From the NCBI GenBank assembly GCA_038883795.1, contig JAVZLK010000010.1, forward strand, positions 1-43,251: a stretch of DNA of 43,251 bases. Reading direction: 5' to 3'. The notes under the pieces are model-generated. The model was not told the DNA's origin. It did no database searches and worked only from the letters and a program-made list of their open reading frames with translations. The stretch comes from Candidatus Bathyarchaeia archaeon. Its GTDB lineage: Archaea; Thermoproteota; Bathyarchaeia; Bathyarchaeales; Bathycorpusculaceae. Made by a program: the position numbers and the translations under genes. This document shows positions 36,414 through 43,251 of the stretch, one piece after another; within the stretch, counting starts at the first letter, position 1, and every line of letters starts with the position of its first letter.

Positions 36414-39400
36414 TTGTTAAGAAAAGCTCTCTCCGTTATGATGCTGACGCTTTTGCTTATAAGTATGCCACCTTTGGTTTTTGCTGCTAAGTTTAGTTTA
36501 GGCGATACTGTAGAGGTAATTAATACTGGTGCTTCTGGTCTCGTTGTTCGTGATGCTCCTGCCGGAAATGCTATTGGTAAGAAGTATGATGGGAGTCGTG
36601 GGATGGTTCTTGCTGGGCCGCAGAGTGCTTCTCTTGGTGGGGTTGTTTATACTTGGTGGAAGGTACGTTGGGGAGACGATGCGTTAGAAGGGTGGTCGGC
36701 TGAGGGTTACCCTGGCGGTGTTGATTACCTCAAGAAGGTGACAATCTCTCCGTCAACAAAGTTTAGCATAGGCGATTTCGTGAAGGTCTATAATACTGGT
36801 GGCAGTCTGATTGTTCGGACTGACCCGCCAGCTTTGTCGTATAAGGATAGTGAAGTTGATGGCACTTTCGGAAAGGTTGAAGGTGGACCGTTTTATGGTG
36901 TAGCTGCGGGAACGCCAGGGTTTTATCATTTTTGGAAGGTCAATTATGGGAGTGTTGTTGGTTGGTCGGCTGAAAACTGGCTGATGAAGGCTACGCCTTC
37001 TGATCTTACCGTTGAAGACATATGGGTTGACCCGGCATCATTTAATCCAGGTAGCACCGTAACCATCTATTGGCGGATTAAGAACATAGGCGCTTCCGCT
37101 GCCATAAGTGACCAAGGCTTATGGATAAAAGCCTATTTCGATGGGGCACTCTATCATCAAGAGGGCATAGAAGGTCTGGGCGCTGGATATACTTACACTT
37201 CTCAGCGTAGTTATACGTGGCCATCAGATACAAATTCGCATACTGTTAGAGTGGAGGTGGATCCGAGCAATTACATAATTGAGTCTAACGAAGGGAACAA
37301 CATTAGATCAGAATCGTTTAATGCTACTGCGCCTCCACAATTTGATTTCAGGGTTGGGGTAAGTCCTTCTTCGGGTTCTGTCCAACAAGGTGGAAGTGTT
37401 AGCGCGACAGTTACGGTGACGCTTACGAGTGGTTCAACTCAGACTGTTACTCTTACAGCTTCAGGGCTTCCTTCGGGTGCTTATGCCACTTTCAGCCCAT
37501 CTTCTGGGTATCCTACTTTTGCAAGTACATTTACTATTTCAACGTCAACAACGATTCCTACTGGAACATTTTATATAACGATAATGGGCTCGGGAGGAGG
37601 CTTAACAAGAACAACCACATACGCATTAACTGTAACCCCCTTACCCGCGCCCGACTTTTCAATCTCAGCTTCTCCATCATCGGTAACCATTCAGCAAGGC
37701 AGTTCAGGATCATCGACAATCACTGTAACATCGATAAATGGTTTTAATCAACCTGTTCAGCTAAGCGTTTCTGGAGCCCCTTCAGGAGTTACGGCAACAC
37801 TGAGCCCTTCACAGGTTACTCCTCCAGCAGGCGGCACAGCAACCTCTACTTTAACAGTTTCAGTATCCACAACAGCAACGACTGGAAGTTATACCTTAAC
37901 CGTTACCGGAACCAGTGGTGCACTAAACCATAACACATACGTATCCTTAGAAATCACAGCGGTACCAAATCAACCACCCAACACACCAACTGAGGTTTCT
38001 CAGTTAAGATATGAAACTGTTGTTGTGACCGTTATTCCTGAAGGAGGGATGACTCCAGAGCCAAGAGTTGTTTTCAAAGCAACAGTTAGCGATCCTGATG
38101 GAGATTCTGTTAGACTTGAAATTGAGCTTCGTCAGATAGGTGAAGCTTTTACCGGTGAACCCACTCCGGAAACTATTAGTGAATTTGTTCCAAGTGGAAC
38201 TGAAGTAACTATAACTCGTTTCGGTTTAGTTAATGGAGGTTATCATTGGCAGTATAGGACAAAAGACTCGAAAGGAGCCATCAGCCATTGGGTGGAATTT
38301 GGGACCTCAGGAAACTTGGATTTCACTGTTTCATTCCCAGATATCGGTTATGCCATAATAGTAGAAGGACAGGGAGGGTGGAGGGAACAATGGATAATTG
38401 ACCTCAATGTTAAGATAGCATATCGAGCTTTACGTAGCCTTGGTTTTGATGATGAACGTATCCTTTACTTCAGTAATTCACTACGGGATGCTGACGGCGA
38501 TGGAGACAATGACGTTGATATGACTTGTACACATGCAAACTTTGAACTGGCAATAAAGAGATGGGCTGCTATGCGAGTAGGAGAGTATAGTCCACTTATC
38601 CTTTATTTGTCGGGTCACGGCGTAAGCCAACCAGATACATTCTTTCTGGATGTGAAACAAAATGAAGCCTTTACCCCAGTTCAACTGAATGATTGGTTGC
38701 AGTTCTGTCCTCAGAATACTCCAATGCTCATTATTATTGATGCTTGTTACTCAGGTTGTTTCGTCACTGCTCCTGAAACCATTTCAGCCTCAAAGAGAAT
38801 CATAATAACTTCAACCCACGATGATAAAGAAGGCTACCCGTATTTCGACTTTTTCTCCCGTGAGTTCTGGCGAAAATTAGCACAGGGTAAGAATGTCAAA
38901 CAAGCGTTTGTCGAAGGAGCCGAAGATGCCAACAAGCTAATGACCCGCACCCTTTGGGTAGGTGTGCTTCCTCCACCTGAGCCTGGCAAGTTTTCTCAAC
39001 CTTGGCTCGATGATAATGGGGATGCGGTAGGGCACTCTCCAGAGTCCTTGAGTGATGATGGTTTCTTTGCCGAAACAATGAAGATAGGTGTTTCAGGGGC
39101 ACCTCTTTCAGTAGATCTAATATTTGCACATTTATGTAGCCCGAGCGAACTTCGAGTTTATGATTCTCAGGGAAGGGTTACCGGTGTCATAAATGGAGAG
39201 GTAAAAGAGGAAATTCCAAACTCGGTTTACCTTAGGGAATATGATATTGGTATAATGATTTTTCCGACCAGTCCCTATCTCTATGAATTAGCAGGAACAA
39301 ATTACGCAATCTATGGGTTAATCTTGAATTCTATTCTGGAGGACAATGTTAGCAATTTCAGTGCAACTGACATCCCAACATTAGTTAATGCTATCCATCA

Positions 39401-40505
39401 ATACAGCGTTGATTGGGATGCGCTCTCTCGTGGTGAAGAAGGCGTCACTGTGCAAATAGATTCTAATGGTGACGGCATATTTGAGCACGCTTTTACTTCT
39501 GACAGTGAGCTTACCCAAACTGAATTCATGACTGAAACCGGCACGTCTGCAATCTTTTTTGAAATCGTTTGGGGGGAGGAAATTTTCGTAGTGTCTATTG
39601 GAAGCAATTCAACAGTTTCCCAATTCTACTTTGATCACGCGATGAAAGAGATTGGATTTAACGTTACTGGAGAAGTTGGCAGCATTGGCTTGTGCAACGT
39701 GACGATTCCGAAGGCACTTTTGTATGGTGAACCTTGGACGGTGTTAATAGATGGCGCACCAGTGCCGGCTACAATAACGGAAAATGCAACTCACAGCTTT
39801 CTCTACTTCACGTATACCCACAGCACTCATCTAATCCAAATAATAGGCACATGGGTAATCGCGCAGACCTATAGCATAACAATCACAACAACTGTCGGCG
39901 GAACAACTAATCCAACCCCCGGAACATACACTTACACAGCCAACTCACCCGTTCAAGTTACAGCAATCCCAGACGCAAACTACATTTTCGACCACTGGGA
40001 ACTCGACACAATAAATGTTGGCTCAGCAAACCCCTACACTGTCCTAATGGATAACAACCACACACTAAAAGCAGTATTCACATACTCGCCTCCTCCACCG
40101 CCACTTTCAGTTTCCATAAGTCCGCTTTCAGCCTCAATCCTCGTAGGCCAATCAGTAACCTTCACATCAACAGTTTCAGGCGGATACACACCATACACCT
40201 ACCAATGGTACCTAAACGGCAATCCAGTTTCAGAAGCAACATCACCATCATGGACATTCACACCAACCACAAGCGGAATCTACTACATACACCTCAAAGT
40301 CACAGACGATAAAGGCAACACGGCCCAATCAGACGCTGCCCGCATAACAGTCACAACGGTACCAGTCGGAGGCTACTCAATCCCAATACAAATTCCCAAA
40401 AAGACAGAACCAATCATACCCTACATAACCTTAACAACGATCCTAACAATAGTCTTCACAACAATCAAACGCAAAACAACCAAGAAGACAAAAAAGCCAC
40501 AGTGA
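36414..40505 (+). CDS. secreted membrane-anchored multidomain protein (2x SH3b-like, CARDB, Ig-like repeats, caspase/legumain-like clan CD peptidase, PKD)
   Basis: Signal peptide; repeated WWKV..GWSAE; DLTV...ESNEGNN (CARDB); Ser/Thr-rich Ig repeats; LSGHG and IIDACYSG dyad; C-terminal PVGGY + TM + basic tail. Confidence 0.88.
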   Translation: MLRKALSVMMLTLLLISMPPLVFAAKFSLGDTVEVINTGASGLVVRDAPAGNAIGKKYDGSRGMVLAGPQSASLGGVVYTWWKVRWGDDALEGWSAEGYPGGVDYLKKVTISPSTKFSIGDFVKVYNTGGSLIVRTDPPALSYKDSEVDGTFGKVEGGPFYGVAAGTPGFYHFWKVNYGSVVGWSAENWLMKATPSDLTVEDIWVDPASFNPGSTVTIYWRIKNIGASAAISDQGLWIKAYFDGALYHQEGIEGLGAGYTYTSQRSYTWPSDTNSHTVRVEVDPSNYIIESNEGNNIRSESFNATAPPQFDFRVGVSPSSGSVQQGGSVSATVTVTLTSGSTQTVTLTASGLPSGAYATFSPSSGYPTFASTFTISTSTTIPTGTFYITIMGSGGGLTRTTTYALTVTPLPAPDFSISASPSSVTIQQGSSGSSTITVTSINGFNQPVQLSVSGAPSGVTATLSPSQVTPPAGGTATSTLTVSVSTTATTGSYTLTVTGTSGALNHNTYVSLEITAVPNQPPNTPTEVSQLRYETVVVTVIPEGGMTPEPRVVFKATVSDPDGDSVRLEIELRQIGEAFTGEPTPETISEFVPSGTEVTITRFGLVNGGYHWQYRTKDSKGAISHWVEFGTSGNLDFTVSFPDIGYAIIVEGQGGWREQWIIDLNVKIAYRALRSLGFDDERILYFSNSLRDADGDGDNDVDMTCTHANFELAIKRWAAMRVGEYSPLILYLSGHGVSQPDTFFLDVKQNEAFTPVQLNDWLQFCPQNTPMLIIIDACYSGCFVTAPETISASKRIIITSTHDDKEGYPYFDFFSREFWRKLAQGKNVKQAFVEGAEDANKLMTRTLWVGVLPPPEPGKFSQPWLDDNGDAVGHSPESLSDDGFFAETMKIGVSGAPLSVDLIFAHLCSPSELRVYDSQGRVTGVINGEVKEEIPNSVYLREYDIGIMIFPTSPYLYELAGTNYAIYGLILNSILEDNVSNFSATDIPTLVNAIHQYSVDWDALSRGEEGVTVQIDSNGDGIFEHAFTSDSELTQTEFMTETGTSAIFFEIVWGEEIFVVSIGSNSTVSQFYFDHAMKEIGFNVTGEVGSIGLCNVTIPKALLYGEPWTVLIDGAPVPATITENATHSFLYFTYTHSTHLIQIIGTWVIAQTYSITITTTVGGTTNPTPGTYTYTANSPVQVTAIPDANYIFDHWELDTINVGSANPYTVLMDNNHTLKAVFTYSPPPPPLSVSISPLSASILVGQSVTFTSTVSGGYTPYTYQWYLNGNPVSEATSPSWTFTPTTSGIYYIHLKVTDDKGNTAQSDAARITVTTVPVGGYSIPIQIPKKTEPIIPYITLTTILTIVFTTIKRKTTKKTKKPQ

Positions 40506-40586
40506 CTATCCCGGCGGAACAGCGATTTTAGCAGTAGATAAATCCGTTTTTAAAACTCTTAAAATAACTAACATTGCAGCATGCCA

Positions 40587-41867
40587 CTATTGTGAGCTTT
40601 TAAGTTTGACTATTACTTTGCCGTTTGGCAAAGCTGCTACATACTCCCATCCATGCTCCAAGTAGTTTTCAACCTCGTCCGTCGACACCACTTTCTGTAC
40701 GCAATCGTTTGCCTTTTCTCCCAGAAGCCTCTTCCGTATCATTGTTTGCAGTTCTTCATCGCTGATTGCTGAGACGTCCATTTTATCAATTTCGCTTTGT
40801 GTAAACCCAGCAACTAATAGAAGTTGTTTCCTGAAGGCTTGTCGCAATTCTTCTTCGCTCGTTTTTCCAACTTTAGTCGTATGAAGGTGTTCTTGGCTTC
40901 TTTTGTAGGCTTCTCTCATGTCTTCTATAACGTTTTCTGGAAGCCTACACTTGTTTGTTGTGTAACGGTTTTCTATATCGCCCTTATGTCCCATCCAAAA
41001 CTGCCTATAATCGCGTAATACTAAGCCTTTAGACTCTGCCAGCATCAGCTGCGTGTCAAAGTAAGCCCTCAAAACATATGGTCTCCACTTGAAACCAGCC
41101 TTTCTTATGGCAGCCCTTATCATGTCGCCAATGTTTGTTGATCTTATGAAGGGCTTAGGCGCAACCTTAGGCGTCAGCACTGGCGAATCTGGCGTGAGCT
41201 TCTCACCTTCTTTCAATCGGCTTTCCAGATAGTCTTTCAAATATTCGCATCCCTCTTCGCCTAGAAAAGTGAAGTACTGGTGTCCAGCTTTGCTCAACTC
41301 CTTGCGCACAACAACCATTGTAGGCACTTTTTCAAAGACTACCTCGCCCTTTTCTATCTTCATTTCTGGTAAGTCCCTAATCCTTAACCCGTCTGTTCCT
41401 TCATAGTTGCCTAAGGTTTCAATTCTTAACCCGCTATGTGCAAGCAAGACGCATGCGCTTCTAGCTCTCAAGTCTCCGCAGAGGAAAATTTTTCTAAGCT
41501 CCTGCTGATTTGGAACCCGCTCATCGCGAAGAGTCGGCGTGTCATCCGCATCCTTAATCTTAATTTTAACCTTAACCTCAACCATGTTGAAGGAAAGCCA
41601 AGACTTAACAGCCTTCAAACATGATTTAATGTAGCTGCCAGCCTTTCCTTCACGCTCCAAATAAGAGACAAGATCGGCGAGAAGCATCCCAAGCTCTTTC
41701 TCGCTCTTCCCAAGGAGTTCCTTAGGCTTTAGGCTCAAGTGCTTACACACCCATCCAAGTCTGCGCAGATAAACATCAGCCGTAACCCTCGAGCCCCTCG
41801 CCACATTCTCATACCAACGCTTAACGTCCGCGTCCTTAAGCAGATAGGCGTAGGTGGCTTTCGCCAT
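40587..41867 (-). CDS. tyrosine recombinase/integrase
   Basis: SGLR, SKAG, YVLRAYF, MGHKG, RYT catalytic residues; directly adjacent to the target tRNA. Confidence 0.93.
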   Translation of the reverse strand: MAKATYAYLLKDADVKRWYENVARGSRVTADVYLRRLGWVCKHLSLKPKELLGKSEKELGMLLADLVSYLEREGKAGSYIKSCLKAVKSWLSFNMVEVKVKIKIKDADDTPTLRDERVPNQQELRKIFLCGDLRARSACVLLAHSGLRIETLGNYEGTDGLRIRDLPEMKIEKGEVVFEKVPTMVVVRKELSKAGHQYFTFLGEEGCEYLKDYLESRLKEGEKLTPDSPVLTPKVAPKPFIRSTNIGDMIRAAIRKAGFKWRPYVLRAYFDTQLMLAESKGLVLRDYRQFWMGHKGDIENRYTTNKCRLPENVIEDMREAYKRSQEHLHTTKVGKTSEEELRQAFRKQLLLVAGFTQSEIDKMDVSAISDEELQTMIRKRLLGEKANDCVQKVVSTDEVENYLEHGWEYVAALPNGKVIVKLKSSQ

Positions 41868-41925
41868 AGACCATCAATAAATATTAGGTGTGATCGTCTC
41901 ATATAAAGGTTCCGAACCCAGAAGG

Positions 41926-42004
41926 TGGCGGGCCCGGTGGGATTTGAACCCACGTTCTCCGGCTCCGAAGGCCGACGCCTTGATCCATACTGGGCTACGG
42001 GCCC
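41926..42004 (-). tRNA. tRNA-Arg (anticodon TCG), integration target
   Basis: Reverse complement GGGCCCG...TCGGC-CTTCGGA-GCCGG...GTGGG-TTCAAAT-CCCAC-CGGGCCC-G-CCA. Confidence 0.97.
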
Positions 42005-42091
42005 TCAGAGAAGACAATAGCCCAATAACAATTAAAAGGGCTTCGGAAAACCCTTAAAAATGGTTGTTGATTAATATTTTGTTGTTGTTTG

Positions 42092-42166
42092 GGGCCGGTA
42101 GCTCAGCTTGGTTGGAGCGTTCGGCTGATAACCGAAAGGTCGAGAGTTCAAATCTCTCCCGGCCCA
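42092..42166 (+). tRNA. tRNA-Ile (anticodon GAT)
   Basis: GGGCCGG/CCGGCCC acceptor, TTCGG-CTGATAA-CCGAA anticodon arm, GAGAG-TTCAAAT-CTCTC T arm. Confidence 0.97.
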
Positions 42167-42175
42167 TCAAAATGG

Positions 42176-42358
42176 TTATTTTTCTTTTTTCTTTTCTTCT
42201 TCGCTCTTGACGCCTTTTACTAAGCCTTTTCCGACGCCCTTTACTATTCCGAAGCCTTTCTTTACGCCTTTGCCTACAACTTCGCCTGTTTTTTCTGCTG
42301 CTGCTTCAGCTTTGCCTTTTTCTTCCTTTTTCTTTTCTTTCTCGCTCACGAAAATCAC
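42176..42358 (-). CDS. small Lys/Gly/Glu-rich hypothetical protein
   Basis: Repeated GKGVK/KGFG units; GGAGGTG ribosome-binding site suggests a start at the GTG near 42349. Confidence 0.6.
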   Translation of the reverse strand: MIFVSEKEKKKEEKGKAEAAAEKTGEVVGKGVKKGFGIVKGVGKGLVKGVKSEEEKKKEK

Positions 42359-42473
42359 CTCCCATAAAGCAACAATACTTTATTCTGTTTGTGAGCGGTT
42401 AAAACTTTCGAAATTGCCATCCTCTAGTAAGTTTTAAATGCATTTTGCAATATAAAAGGGATTGGTGAATTGT

Positions 42474-42911
42474 GTGCCTAAAGATGAGGAAATTTTGGAA
42501 GTTCTGAAAGAAATTAAGGCTTTGTTGGAACCGAAACCTGCGTCGCCTGCACCGCCGCCGAAGAAGGGTTTGTGGAATGAGTTTATAGATTTTATTTCTA
42601 AGTATAAGGTGTTGGGTTTGGCTGTGGCTTTCATTATGGGTGTTTATGTTGGTCAAGTCATCCAATCCCTTGTTAAAGACATATTGATGCCGATAATAGG
42701 TTTGGCAATACCAGGTCTTGGAAACTTGTCCACTTTTAAGATTGCTGTTCCGCCAACGGCTTTAGATGCTCAAGGAAATCCGATAGATTCAACTTGGACT
42801 GGACAGTTGTTTGGTATTGGAAACTTTTTGGTGGCTATAATAACGTTCATAATAGTTGCCTTCGTAATTTTCCTAATTGTGAAGATAACTAAGAAGTGGG
42901 GCATTGAATAG
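42474..42911 (+). CDS. mscL: large-conductance mechanosensitive channel MscL
   Basis: EFIDFI..YKVLGLAVAFIMG, SLVKDILMPII, GNFL.AIITFIIVAFVIF; start GTG 42474 after GGTGA. Confidence 0.92.
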   Translation: MPKDEEILEVLKEIKALLEPKPASPAPPPKKGLWNEFIDFISKYKVLGLAVAFIMGVYVGQVIQSLVKDILMPIIGLAIPGLGNLSTFKIAVPPTALDAQGNPIDSTWTGQLFGIGNFLVAIITFIIVAFVIFLIVKITKKWGIE

Positions 42912-42917
42912 GCATAG

Positions 42918-43103
42918 TTAAACTTTTGAAAAACTTCCTACTTTCCGCATTTCAAGGGTGTTTGTGTCTTCGTTTTTTATGTATGTCTTTAGTCCAAGTC
43001 TTATTAGGTGTTCTATGAATGTGCTGCGTTTTTCTCTTCCTCTGAGTTGTTCTATTTCTTTTAGGAGTTTTGAGTCTATTGTTAGGCCTATGTGGTGTTT
43101 CAA
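42918..43103 (-). CDS. CopG/RHH-family regulator
   Basis: HIGLTIDSKLLKEIEQLRGREKRSTFIEHLI. Confidence 0.8.
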   Translation of the reverse strand: MKHHIGLTIDSKLLKEIEQLRGREKRSTFIEHLIRLGLKTYIKNEDTNTLEMRKVGSFSKV

Positions 43104-43195
43104 TTTTTATGCCTCGTGTATTTTGTATATTTATTATACCGAAAAGCTTTATTAGTCTTATCCTACAAGTTATACTTTCGGCGAAGGCGATTTAC

Positions 43196-43251
43196 ATGAA
43201 GACTTTGAGGATTTCGGATGATGCTCATCAGAGGTTGACGGCTTTGCTTGG
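43196..43251 (+). CDS. RHH/VapB-like small protein (partial, runs off the window)
   Basis: MKTLRISDDAHQRLTALL. Confidence 0.6.
   Translation, partial: MKTLRISDDAHQRLTALL

Larger units (their letters stand above)
481..41952. mobile_element. tRNA-Arg-integrated genomic/defence island, ~41.5 kb
   Basis: Direct repeat of the tRNA 3' end at both ends, tyrosine integrase immediately downstream of the tRNA, accessory defence-type cargo. Confidence 0.92.

Noticed and set aside
1199-43155. Many short antisense/overlapping ORFs in the track (e.g. 10462-11016, 13991-14344, 25876-26391, 31141-31500, 41735-41953)
   Set aside because: They are shadows of well-supported genes or tRNAs, with no motifs of their own.

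Overview
Archaeal chromosomal window; Bathyarchaeia-like host is an inference from the TFB, archaeal tRNAs, integrase type and PVGG-type surface-protein anchor. Almost all of it is one ~41.5 kb integrative element (481-41952) inserted in the 3' end of tRNA-Arg(TCG). It is bounded by a 25-bp direct repeat (24/25 identical), with a tyrosine integrase next to the tRNA. The left ~19 kb (829-19834) is a large candidate defence/DNA-modification system. It has two intact transglycosylases (a DpdA fused to a YaaA/DUF6884-like domain, and a PUA-less ArcTGT-like enzyme) and four paralogous BrxD/Orc-like AAA+ ATPases with winged-helix partners. It also has PIN, PLD, HerA and HEPN proteins, a free-standing catalytically degenerate intein (Hint + LAGLIDADG), and an MTase/REase pair. 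An AbrB regulator and an ECF S-component-like transporter sit next to it. No dpdB or recognisable dpdD-J genes are seen. The rest of the element holds a UvrD + Fe-S nuclease pair, a TFB homologue between two serine recombinases, HEPN and HD proteins, and a relic tRNA-Glu 3' end. It also holds three tandem HTH paralogues with a CAP12-type TIR protein and a large SH3/caspase-like surface protein. Outside the element are tRNA-Ala(CGC), tRNA-Ile(GAT), mscL and small regulators. All family assignments come from motif reading by eye; no database search was run.
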